A stretch of DNA of 64,000 nucleotides from NCBI GenBank assembly GCA_026770705.1, contig JANJGN010000018.1:26970001-27034000 (forward strand). The letters run 5' to 3'. Numbering within the stretch: the stretch's first letter is position 1; every line of letters starts with the position of its first letter. The position numbers and the translations under genes are program-made. Below are positions 25,235 through 37,739 of the stretch, in pieces. The stretch is from Isurus oxyrinchus (lineage: Eukaryota). The notes below the pieces were generated by a model. It saw nothing but the letters and a program-made list of their open reading frames with translations, searched no databases and was not told where the DNA came from.

Positions 25235-25595
25235 AATTTATTCTTCCAGGGGATGTGGGTGTCACTGACAAGACCAGCATCTGTTGCCCATCCTGAAATG
25301 CTCTTAAACTGAGAGGCTTGCTAGGCCATTTCAGAAGATGTGAGTCACATGTAGGCCAGACAGGGTAAAGATGGCAGATTTCCTTCCCTAAATGGCATTA
25401 GTGAACCAGATGGGTTTTTACAACAATTAGTGATAGTTGTCATGCTCACCATTACTGAGTCTAGCTCTTAGCTCTAAATTTATTAATTAAATTTAAACTT
25501 TACCGGCTGCCTTCATGGGATTTGAACCCATATACCCAGATTGTTAGCCTCTGGATTACTAGTCCAGTGACATTACCACTATGCCACCATCTCCT
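25235..25595 (-). mobile_element. tRNA-derived SINE
   Basis: Minus-strand head GGTGGCATAGTGGTAATGTCACTGGACTAGTAATCCAG...GGGTTCAAATCCC and LINE-type tail; related copies at about 6600-7005(-), 44890-45225(+), 49440-49690(-). Confidence 0.8.
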
Positions 25596-25937
25596 CAGTT
25601 AAAGTTATAATGCTTGGATTCAGGAACTCCTTAGCGAAACCACCATGGGATCTGGATCCATGAATAACATTACCTCTGAGTCCAAGGAATAATGGTAGCA
25701 GCCCATATTAAAACAAATTCTTGACTATCCCAAAAAATTATCAAACAAGAAACATCCAATGTCCCCAAATGATCTCGAGACGAGTGTTTTTTTTTCAGAA
25801 TAAAACCGCAATTGTCATTCCCATCCCTGGAAGAACCAACCAGGGCAGAAAATGTGAGCTGAGCACAGAAATAGGCAGTGGCTTCATAGAATTTCATGCT
25901 CGCTCGCAGAAAATAGATTGTGAGAAATCTGCAATAC

Positions 25938-26057
25938 CTGGAGCCCAGTGGTATATGGTCCAGCTAATTTTCGGAGCTCAGAGATCCTCTCTTCCAGCAG
26001 GCTTGGCTTTGCCTCCACAAATCGATAATTTTCAGCCGGGGTCGTATAAAGTGACAG
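25938..26057 (-). CDS. APOO: APOO/MIC26-like exon 3 (LSLYTTPAENYRFVEAKPSLLEERISELRKLAGPYTTGLQ)
   Basis: ttgcag|CTG...CAG|gtattg, 120 nt, phase 0/0; resembles APOO [40 protein letters not shown]. Confidence 0.95.
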
Positions 26058-26569
26058 CTGCAAACCAAGGATAGAGAGATTTTTTTTTCCGAACTTAATT
26101 TTTTCACTGACAAATGCACAAAATACGCAATGAATTTTACTCAAACAGCACTGGTTTATTCAAAGTCATTACTATGCTCCAACACCTATGAAAACACTGG
26201 AGCATTTTAACTACAGAAGAGAACATTCATTAGAACTAATACACAAGTTGGATCTGATTTTGTCAGACACAGGGTAAACTTTGCAAGACTTTGCTCCTGG
26301 ACTTTGCTTCAGTCCACAAGGCCAACAATTGGAAAATCAGACACAGTGATAAGCACACCCAATCCACGGCCTCTTGATTTTCCAGTGATTGAAATTAATC
26401 ACTGGAAAACCAGGAGCACACAAATTGGGCAGATTCATCGCCATGCCAAATCTCCGATCCATGTCTCATCAAGCAAGGCTCTTTGCAGAGAGCTTCAATG
26501 TATAAAACGTACCCTCACACCTATCAGTTTTGGTGTCAGCAAACAGCAGCAAAATACCTGCTCACTAAA

Positions 26570-27160
26570 AACAACTCTTTATTTCAGCCACACAATTAAC
26601 AGATTAATATCCCATATAGATTACAATGAACCATACATGAACTGGAAGCTATTTCTGTTTCGCAAAGTAATTATTGCTCTTTTCTACATCATGATGGTGT
26701 CAGCACCAGGTTTCCAATTAGCAGGGCAAACTTCACCATGCTCATCTGTAAATTGGAATGCTTAAACCAGCCTCATGACCTCATCCACTGAATGGGATCG
26801 CTGATCACGATCTGACATAGGACACCAGTGTTATCAATGATGCACAAACCTCAGAAAGCAACACCTTCATCATCTTTTAAGATACCATAACCTACACAGA
26901 TCGTACAACGGAGGTCTGACACTAAAGGCACTTTTGTTAGGCCAAGTCCTCCTTGCTTCCTTGGCGTGTTGATCCAAGCCAAATAAGCAAAATGGGAGTC
27001 TGTAGAAGCAGCAATTATTTCACAATTAATTTTGTTGAACTCTTCTATACGATCACTAAAAGCGAAAATCTCATTTGGAGACACATAGGAAAAATCAAGT
27101 GGGTAGAAAAAGACTGCATATTTTCCTCTCTATTTAGACAGTTTGAGTTGCTCAAACTGT
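26570..27160 (-). pseudogene. Processed (intronless, 5'-truncated) typical 2-Cys peroxiredoxin pseudogene, PRDX1/2-like
   Basis: [30 protein letters not shown]...[22 protein letters not shown]...AF*GLCIID...AFQFTDEHGEVCPANWKPG; stops and frameshifts, no introns, 3'UTR with AATAAA at 26578-26583. Confidence 0.92.
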
Positions 27161-27680
27161 ATCAGTTGAGATTAAGTATATACAGGTGGAGGGCATTCAC
27201 TGGATGGTTATTTGAGCACATGTAAAGAGACATTTAGTGACACAGGGTGTGAGTCAAGTTAGGATGTATATATCTGTAATGTTTTATTCTATGAGTATCA
27301 ACTGAGGATGGGTGTGACCAGCAGCTGCGATGCTGTGAGAGGGAGAAAGAAAGGTCAAGGAGTGAGAAGGCATGTGTACTCGGTATAGGACATGACAGGG
27401 GAGAAGGGCAAGCATTCAGAGCAACATGAAGGCATCAGGCCAGCTCAAATAGGGAATTGGAATCAGAGGAGGGTCTGGGACTAGTTTATCTCCTAGCCTC
27501 CGATTTGGGAAAAAACTGACTCATGGCTTCCCTAATATGGTCTTCCTGAGGATTCCCTCCCTATACTCTGGCTGTTGGCAGAATAATTTCTGAATGGATA
27601 TTATTCAAATTGATTTAATATGGATTAACAGCAACAACTTGCAATTATATAGCACTGTTAATGCAGTAAAGCATCCCAAA

Positions 27681-27919
27681 TGTTAATAGGATCCAAGCGG
27701 TCGGAGAAGCTGAAACCAAAACATAAGAGTTTTTCTTTATTGATAGAATTTATTGACTTGTTCAGCCTCACAGCACTCTTGCTGCTCAACTCAGTGTCCC
27801 AGCCATCCCCTATTTATATGTCCACAAATACAATTAATACCCATCACCTGTTTCTCTTAACCATAACAATATAATTGACATTAACAAACCTTAACAACGT
27901 AATTGTCACAACATTAACA
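27681..27919 (-). mobile_element. ~240-bp solo LTR
   Basis: TGTTAAT...ATTAACA termini, 5-bp TSD CCAAA/CCAAG, minus-strand TATAAATA and AATAAA; second copy at 46716-46955. Confidence 0.8.
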
Positions 27920-28393
27920 CCAAGGAGTTTTGTGGGAGCATTACCATATAAAACCTGATACTGAGCCATACATAGTGATATACGGTCAAATGATCAAAAG
28001 CTTAATCAATCAGGTATGTTTAATGGGGCATTTTAAAGGAGAGAGAGAGGTGGCAAAGTGGAGAGTTCGAGTGAGTTTAGGGTCTAAGCAGGTGAAAGCA
28101 TAGCTTAGCTATCAATTGTGGAGCCTGGAAAATTAGGGAAATTGAACTTAAAGGAAGATAAATGAAGAATCAGATACCAATGAGAACTTTGGTCTTACTT
28201 TACAGGGGTGACATTCTGATGATTAACATTAATGATCCTTGTGATACAAAGTGCTATGGGATGTTCCTGAGGGAGATGTTGAGGTGATATTCAAATTCCT
28301 GTGATGCTCTCACCGACAAAAGTTAAATATCCAGTTTCCTAACTAAGTTGGATAAGGAACGAATGCATTTAATAACAACACAAGCACATTTAC

Positions 28394-28495
28394 TTGGTCA
28401 ATCTTGAGAAGTGCTTTCTCTTGTTTGTCACTCTGTGCAAAGACTGGCACTGAAAGCAGAGCCAGGCTTCCGCGGGATGCCACCAGTCCAACAAC
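28394..28495 (-). CDS. APOO: APOO/MIC26-like exon 2 (VVGLVASRGSLALLSVPVFAQSDKQEKALLKIDQ, targeting-peptide-like)
   Basis: ttttcccttgcag|GTT...CAA|gtaaat, 102 nt, phase 0/0; resembles APOO ..ASLSLLTFKVYA..VKVDE. Confidence 0.88.
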
Positions 28496-29094
28496 CTGCA
28501 AGGGAAAACACGGGGTTAATGCACTGATTGGCCTGAACATTGTGCAATCACTCCTTAAATCATCAATAAGCACTCGTGGAGGTGACCTCCTGTCGCACCT
28601 GTCCTTTAAATGATCACCCTGCTCTTTATCAAAACAGTAGTTGTAATAAAGTAACATGTAGATGGTCCCAGCCACCAATAAGAAACACCCCACTCCCTCC
28701 CACAATATTTTCTTTGTCTAGCCTTTTTCTCACAGATTCCCAGTCTCCTCTCACATGCTATTGAAGATCTGCTGGGTTAGGAACCTGGATATTAAGTCAA
28801 AATATTCTCAAATGCAAGTCTTACACAGAAGGCCACGGAATCATTGAGAAGGGATGAGATTATGGTACCGCCTCAACTAATGTGCTCTTGGTTATCCTTC
28901 AAAATCCAGACTGACTAAGGTCAGGGATCGAAACCACAACTACCTAATCTGTACGGCAGCCGCTACACCATGCATGCCACTAATGAATTCTTTCCCACTG
29001 AATAATATAGACAGACTGTACGTGCATGAGAATTATATTGATCATTCTCAGTGTCACTATGAATTAACCTGTGAGGCTGTTGTACATGTTGTGT

Positions 29095-32000
29095 CATATC
29101 ACCATACTGTAACTATATATTGGTGCATCACTCTCTCACCATACTGTATCTATATATTGACGTATCACTCTCTCACCACACTGTAATTATATATTGACGT
29201 ATCACTCTCTCACCTTACTGTATCTGTATATTGATGTATCACTCTCTCACCACACTGTATCTGTATATTGACGTATCACTCTCTCACCATACTGTATCTA
29301 TATATTGACGGATCACTCTCTCACCACACTGTATTTGTATATTGATGTATCACTCTCTCACCACACTGTATCTATATATTGATGTATCACTCTCTCACCA
29401 CACTGTATATATTGATGTATTACTCTCTCACCATACTGTATCTGTATATTGATGTATCACTCTCTCACCACACTGTATCTATATATTGATGTATCACTCT
29501 CTTACCATACTGTATCTATATATTGATGTATCACTCTCTCACCATACTGTACCTCTATATTGATGTAACAATCTCTCACCACACTGTATCTGTATATTGA
29601 TGTATCACTCTCTCACCACACTGTATCTGAATATTGATGTATCACTCTCTCACCATACTGTATCTATATATTGATGTATCACTCTCTCACCACGCTGTAT
29701 CTCTATATTGATGTATCACTCTCTCACCATACTGTATGTCTATATTGATGTATCACTCTCTCACCACACTGTATCTATATATTGATGTATCACTCTCTCA
29801 CCATACTGTATCTGTACATTGATGTATCATTCTCTCACCACACTGTATATATTCATGTATCACTCTCTCACCACACTGTATCTGTACATTGATGTATCAC
29901 TCTCTCACCTTACTGTATGTATATATTGATGTATCACTCTCTCACCACACTGTATCTGTATATTGATGTATCACTCTCTCACCACACTGTATCTGTACAT
30001 TGATGTATCACTCTCTCACCATACTGTATCTGTATATTGATGTATCACTCTCTCACCTTACTGTATGTATATATTCATGTATCACTCTCTCACCACACTG
30101 TATCTGTACATTGATGTATCACTCTCTCACCTTACTGTATTTATATATTGATGTATCACTCTCTCACCACACCGAATCTGTATACTGATGTATCACTCGC
30201 TCACCACACTGTATCTGTATATTAATGTATCACTCTCTCACCATATTGTATCTGTACATTGATGTATCACTCTCTCACCATACTGTATCCGTACATTGAT
30301 GTATCACTCTCACCACACTGTATCTATATATTGATGTATCACTCTCTCACCATACTGTATCTATATATTGATGTATCACTCTCTCACCATACTGTATCTG
30401 TATATTGATGTATCACTCTCTCACCACACTGTATCTATATATTGATGTATCACTCTCTTACCACACTGTATCTGTACATTGATGTATCACTCTCTCACCT
30501 TACTGTATGTATATATTGATGTATCACTCTCTCACCACACTGTATCTGTACATTGATGTATCACTCTCTCACCTTACTGTATGTATATATTGATGTATCA
30601 CTCTCTCACCACACTGTATCTGTATATTGATGTATCACTCTCTCACCACACTGTATCTGTACATTGATGTATCACTCTCTCACCATACTGTATCTGTATA
30701 TTGATGTATCACTCTCTCACCACACCGAATCTGTATGCTGATGTATCACTCGCTCACCACACTGTATCTGTATATTAATGTATCACTCTCTCACCACATT
30801 GTATCTGTACATTGATGTATCACTGTCTCACCATACTGTATCCGTACATTGATGTATCACTCTCACTACACTGTATCTATATATTGATGTATCACTCTCT
30901 CACCATACTGTATCTATATATTGATGTATCACTCTCTCACCATACTGTAACTCTATATTGATGTATCACTCTCTCACCACACTGTATCTGTACATTGATG
31001 TATCACTCTCTCACCACACTGTATGTATATATTGATGTATCACTCTCTTACCATACTGTATCTATATATTGATGTATCACTCTCTCACCATACTGTATCT
31101 CTATATTGCTGTATCAATCTCTCACCACACTATCTGTATATTGATGTATCACTCTCTCACCACACTGTATCTGTACATTGACGTATCACTCTCTCACCAT
31201 ACTGTATCTATATATTGATGTATCACTCTCTCACCACACTATCTGTATATTGACGTATCACTCTCTCACCATACTGTATCTCTACATTGACGTATCACTC
31301 TCTCACCATACAGTATCTGTACATTGATGTATCACTCTCTCACCACACTGTATCAGTATATTGATGTATCACTCTCTCACCAAAATATATCTGTATATTG
31401 ACGTATCACTCTCTCACCACACTGTATCTGTACATTGACGTATCACTCTCTCACCACACTGTATCTGTATATTGATGTATCACTCTCTCACCACACTGTA
31501 TCTATATATTGATGTATCACTCTCTCACCATACTGTATCTCTATATTGATGTATCACTCTCTCACCATACTGTATCTCTATATTGATGTATCACTCTCTC
31601 AACACACTGTATCTGTACATTGATGTATCACTCTCTCACCATACTGTATCTATATATTGATGTATCACTCTCTCACCATAGTGTATCTGTATATTGATGT
31701 ATCACTCACCACACTGTATGTGTACAATGACGTATCACTCTCTCACCACACTGTATCTGTATATTGATGTATCACTCTCTCACCACACTGTATCTATATA
31801 TTGATGTATCACTCTCTCACCATACTGTATCTCTATATTGATGTATCACTCTCTCACCATACTGTATCTCTATATTGATGTATCACTCTCTCACCACACT
31901 ATCTGTATATTGACGTATCACTCTCTCACCATACTGTATCTCTACATTGACGTATCACTCTCTCACCATACAGTATCTGTACATTGACGTATCACTCTCT

Positions 32001-34245
32001 CACCACACTGTATCAGTATATTGATGTATCACTCTCTCACCAAAATATATCTGTATATTGACGTATCACTCTCTCACCACACTGTATCTGTACATTGACG
32101 TATCACTCCCTCACCATACTGTATCTCTATATTGATGTATCACTCTCTCACCACACTGTATTTATATATTGATGTATCACTCTCTCACCACACTGTATAT
32201 ATTGATGTATCACTCTTTCACCATACTGTATCTGTACATTGATGTATCACCCTCTCACCACACTGTATCTGTACATTGATGTATCACTCTCTCACCACAC
32301 TGTATACATTGATGTATCACTCTCTCACCACATTGTATCTGTACATTGATGTATCACTCACAACACTGTATCTGTACATTGATGTATCACTCTCTCACCA
32401 TACTGTATCTATATATTGATGAATCACTCTGTCACCACACTGTATCTGTACATTGATGTATCACTCTCTCACCATACTGTATCTATATATTGATGTATCA
32501 CTCTCTCACCACACTGTATCTGGATATTGATGTACCACTCGCTCACCACACTGTATCTGTATATTAATGTATCACTCTCTGACCACATTGTATCCGTACA
32601 TTGATGTATCACTCTCTCACCACACTGTATCTATATATTGATGCATCACTCTCTCACCACACTGTATCTGTATATTGATGTATCACTCTCTCACCATACT
32701 GTATCTCTATATTGATGTATCACTCTCTCACCACACTGTATCTATATATTGATGTATCACTCTCTTACCACACTGTATCTGTACATTGATGTATCACTCT
32801 CTCACCAGACTGTATCTCTATATTGATGTATCACTCTCTTACCATACTGTATCTATATATTGATGTATCACTCTCTCACCATACTGTATCTCTATATTGA
32901 TGTATCACTCTCTCACCACACTGTATCTATATATTGATGTATCACTCTCTTATCATACTGTATCTGTACATTGATGTATCACTCTCTCACCACACTGTAT
33001 CTGTATATTGATGTATCACTCTCTCACCACACTGTATCTGTATATTGATGTATCACTCTTTTACCACACTGTATCTGTACATTGATGTATCACTCTCTCA
33101 CCACACTGTATCTATATATTGATGTATCACTCTCTCATCATACTATATCTATATATTGATGTATCACTCTCTCACCATACTGTTTCTCTATATTGATGTA
33201 TCACTCTCTCACCATAGTGTATCTCTATATTGATGTATCACTCTCTCACCATACTGCATCTCTATATTGATGTATCACTCTCTCATCATACTATATCTAT
33301 ATATTGATGTATCACTCTCTCACCATACTGTTTCTCTATATTGATGTATCACTCTCTCACCATAGTGTATCTCTATATTGATGTATCACTCTCTCACCAT
33401 ACTGCATCTCTATATTGATGTATCACTCTCTCACCATACTGTATCTCTATATTGATGTATCACTCTCTCACCATACTGTATCAGTATATTGATGTATCAC
33501 TCTCTCACCATACTGTATCTCTATATTGATGTATCACTCTCTCACCATACTGTATCTATATATTGATGTATCACTCTCTCACCATACTGTGTCTCTATAT
33601 TGATGTATCACTCTCTCACCATACTGTATCTATATATTGAGGTATCACTCTCTCACCATACTGTATCTATATATTGATGTATCACTCTCTCACCACACTG
33701 TATCTGAATATTGATGTATCACTCTCTCACCATACTGTATCTATATATTGATGTATCACTCTCTCACCACACTGTATCTCTATATTGATGTATCACTCTC
33801 TCACCATACTGTATCTATATATTGATGTATCACTCTCTCACCACACTGTATCTCTATATTGATGTATCACTCTCTCACCATACTGTATCTCTATATTGAT
33901 GTATCACTCTCACCACACTGTATCTGTACATTGATGTATCACTTTCTCACCATACTGTATCTATATATTGATGTATCACTCTCTCACCACACTGTATATA
34001 TTGATGTATCACTCACCACACTGTATCTCTATATTGATGTATCACTCACCACACTGTATCTGTATATTGATGTATCACTCTCTCACCACACTGTATCTAT
34101 ATATTGATGTATCACTCTCTCACCATACTGTATCTCTATATTGATGTATCACTCTCTCACCACACTGTATCTGTACATTGATGTATCACACTCTTACAAC
34201 ACTGTATCTATATATTGATGTATAACTCTCTCACCATAATGTATC
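29095..34245. repeat. 37-bp minisatellite, roughly 135-140 units (TGATGTATCACTCTCTCACCA(T/C)ACTGTATCTATATAT)
   Basis: Directly visible; fills most of APOO intron 1. Confidence 0.98.
34235..34237 (-). CDS. APOO: APOO/MIC26-like exon 1 coding part: initiator ATG only, followed by donor GTGAGA
   Basis: First ATG downstream of the promoter-like segment; cattATG|G gives A at -3 and G at +4 after splicing; phase 0 matches exon 2; inferred. Confidence 0.7.
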
Positions 34246-34254
34246 TTCTCTCTG

Positions 34255-34372
34255 TCCTCTGGCGATACGTTCTAAGCAGCAGTGAACTCTGGGATCTAAT
34301 CGACAGTGGCTGCCACGGGACCAATGACGAGAAAAAAAAGTCAAAATATCGGAAGTACTGACGGGAAGAGGC
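34255..34372 (-). promoter_or_regulatory. Putative APOO promoter/5'UTR island
   Basis: Short CpG-retaining unique segment with ETS/GABP core CGGAAGT (34350-34356), CCAAT (34321) and two TGACG half-sites. Confidence 0.6.
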
Positions 34373-34930
34373 TGAGAGAGAGAGAGAGAGAGTGTGTGAG
34401 ATTGAGAGTGTGATAGCAAGAGAGTCTGAGATTGAGAGAAAGTGTGGGATAGTGAGAGAGAGAGAGAGTGTGTTTGGGATAGAGTCTGTGGGATAGAGAG
34501 TGTGTGGGATAGAGAGTGTGTGTGATAGAGAGAGTGAGTGAAAGAAAAAGTGCAAAAGAAAGAGTGTGGGATACTGAGAGTGTAGGATAGAGAGAGTGTG
34601 AGTCAGAGAGCGAGTGGGGGAGTACGACAAGGAGAGAGGGGAGAGGGAAAGTGGAGGAACGGCTGAGAGTTGGTGAGAGAGGAGAGGGAAAGTGAGGAGA
34701 CAGGTTGAAAGGATGGCCAGTGGAGCAGACATGGAGAGAGAATGAGGGAGAGTGGAAAGGATGGATGAGAAAATGGTGTTAAAAGGCAGGGAGTGAGTCT
34801 GGAGCGGAGGGGTCGGGAGATGGGGAGGGGAGTGAGTGGGAGGGGTGGGGAGGGAAGGGAGAGAAGGGGAACGGAGAGAGGGAGGTGTTAGAGGGGAGGG
34901 GGCAGTGTGTGGAGGGGAGAGAGGGAGCAG
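34373..34930. repeat. Purine-rich (GA/GT) low-complexity tract
   Basis: Visible composition. Confidence 0.85.
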
Positions 34931-36199
34931 TTAACCATATAAGTCCACAGGTTGCTGTCAGTGATTCTATGCTTCTCCAGCAGGTGCCCTGTTGAAGTCG
35001 CCATAGATTAAAATCAATTAGAAATTACTGAGCTGACAAAAAGTATTTTACACCCTAATATCGATGGTTAAAACTACAGAAAAATCCCTATCTTGTTAAT
35101 GAGCTTAACTGGGTTTTTAATGTGTACTGAGACATATTTCCTGCTGAATAACCTCACTGTAAAACTAATTTTACATTTTAACAGATTGATAAAAATTCCC
35201 AGGCTAATTCCATCCAGGTGAGTATTCAGTCATACTCCTGACTTGACCCTTGTAGATGGTGCGCTAATAGCTACACTAACAAATTGTTGTGATCATTTGA
35301 AATTTGGCATTCTTGCATTTTTCCTGATGAGTCTGAGACAAAAAGCTTTGGCAGTATGTCTCTCTTTTCAGCAAGATTCAAGTTCTGTACTTCTAAGCAT
35401 TTGTTTTTAAATACAATTAAAATGAATTTGTTTATAACATTTCAATTTCTAACAAACATGTCCCAATCTTTCCTTCTGTAAAATCTATAAAAGTAAATGA
35501 TAATTAGCATATTTTACTTCCAGGTTTGCTGTCTGTGAGCATTCTTCAATGCGATTGGCTCCTTACCCTGCTTGATGATGTTACTGCTACCAGACACCTG
35601 GAGATCTTGGCGTGTTGCCAGATTCAAATTAATGTTGGGGAAGGTGAAATCCATAGACATCACTAGATCTTTGCTGACAAGATCAGCAGCAAGTGTCATA
35701 GTTTCACCATGAATTAGTCTGGGATGGCTAAATTCCTCACAATGGCTACAGCTGTCTACCCCTCCATTTCTTTCCTGTTCATCTGTCTCCCTTTGTCTGC
35801 TCCACAACAAAGCACATGTCTGTCCCAGCCATTTATTTCTCATATTTAGCTTCTTTCCTTCATCTCCCCCATTCTCTTTCTGAATTTCCTGCAAGCCTTG
35901 TCTTCACAAAAAACATTATAAATTTGCTAGTAAATCGCTGAAAGCCATGTTGCAACTGGTCCTGTCAGTTTACAGCAGGAACTGAATGACAAAACCAAGG
36001 TCTGACATGTGACAGGTAGCGTTTGTGCCAATTAAGTGCCAAGTAATGGCCACCTCTCCCTGACCTTCAACAGTAACACCATTTCTGACTACCTAACCAT
36101 CACTATCTTGGTTTCTCCCACGTAACTGAGCCAGCCACGTGGCTGCAACAGCAGGGAAGCTTGGGTACTCTGATGAGTAGCTCACTTCCTGACCGCTCA

Positions 36200-37330
36200 A
36201 AGTCATATAAGTCATAAAAGGACAGATAGAAGCCTATCAGCCCAACAAGTCCAAGCTGGCTCCCTAGGGCAATCCTCTCAGTCCCATTGCCCTGCACTAT
36301 ACCCGTAGCCCTGGAAGTTTATTTCCCTCAAGTGCCCATCCAATTTTCTTTTGAAATCGTTCACCACTTCCGCTTCCTTCTCCCTTACAGGCAGCAAGTT
36401 CCAGGTCATTGTCACTTGCTGCGTTAAAAAGTTTTTCCTCATGGCTCCCCCCGGCCTGGTCTCAGGCATCTCTCGACCAAATTCTTAACTCTATGTCCTC
36501 AGTCCTTGTACTATCAGCCAATAGGAACAGCTTTTCTTTGTCGATCTTGCCTACACCTGTCATCACCTATATCAAATCTCCCCTCAATCCTCTTAGTTCC
36601 AAGGAGAACAAACCCAGCTTCTCCAACCTAACTTTGTAGTGAAAATCACCTCATTCTACTGTGAAGACAGATACAAAATACTTGTTTAAAGTCTCTGTCA
36701 TTTCTGTGTTTTTCAGTATTAATTTCCCGGTCTCTAAGGGGTGGAAGCTCTTACAGCCTGTTTTTATTCTCATAATCTAATTTCTCCCTCTTTATTACTT
36801 TCCAGTCATCCTGTGTTGATTTCTAAAATGTTCCCAATCTTCTGGCTGACCATAAATCTTGGCAGCATTGCACATATTTTATTTCAATTTAAACCCATCC
36901 CTTCACTTCCTTAGTTAAGCATAGATGATGCATCCTCCACGTGGAGTCTTTCTTTTTCAATGGAATATATTTTTGTTGAGAGTTGTGAAATATCTCCTTA
37001 AGTGTCTGCCACTGCTTCCCTACTGTCTTATCTTTTAACCTATTTCCCCAGTCCACTTTAGCCAACTCTGTCTTCACACCCTTGTAATTGCCTTTATTCA
37101 AGTTGAAGACACTAGTTTCAGACCCAAAACCTCTCACCCTGAAACTGAATATGAAATGCTACTGTGCTAATGATCATTCTTGCCAATGGAATCCTTTTCT
37201 CTGAGGTAATTAATTAATTCTATCTCATTACACATTATGAGGTGTAAAATAGCCTGTTCCCTGGTTGGTCCAAGAATGTATTTATTCTAAGAAACTGTCC
37301 CAAATACACTCAATTAACTCATCCTCAAGG
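36200..37330 (-). mobile_element. Decayed CR1 LINE fragments
   Basis: RKNFLTQQVTMTWNLLP and NLNKGNYKGVKTELAKVDW peptides. Confidence 0.75.
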
Positions 37331-37739
37331 TGACATTTGGCAACTATCACCTTCTCAGGGGCAATTAGGAACGGGCAATAAATGTTGGCTTTAACTAATC
37401 AGTCACTTCCAAAGACCAATTGAAAAAACAAAAGTGGGGGGGGGGGTTAAAAAAAAGCTACAAACAGCAGCAAGAGAAAAGGAGGCCAGGATGAAGGACA
37501 GTGAAACCAAGACAGGAGGGAGACAAAATGAAGGGCAGGAGCAGAAAGACAATAGAGCCCCTTTGTACTGGGCAGACCGGGGAGCTGATCTCCCTGGGTA
37601 AGAAATGCCCAGAGAGTATAGGAGTTGGGGATCGGAAGTATTTGTGCAGTTTATTCGAGTAGAGAGTAGGAAATGAGATGTAATCCTTTGGAACAGAGAG
37701 GATTAGAGGATTAGACACTGGATCAGAGGGTGGCTCCTG

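Noticed and set aside
28218-28270. TGATGA...CTGA C/D-box snoRNA-like pair
   Set aside because: Lies antisense to the host gene, is too short and has no recognisable guide sequence
29095-34245. CRISPR-like regular 37-bp periodicity
   Set aside because: Units are contiguous with no unique spacers, there are no cas genes and the context is a eukaryotic intron
34208-34732. 174-aa minus-strand ORF in frame with the proposed APOO ATG
   Set aside because: Mostly a translation of the (CT)/(CA) low-complexity tract and lies upstream of the promoter motifs
35514-35894. 126-aa minus-strand ORF in unique intergenic DNA
   Set aside because: Non-ATG start, no recognisable homology and no linked exons
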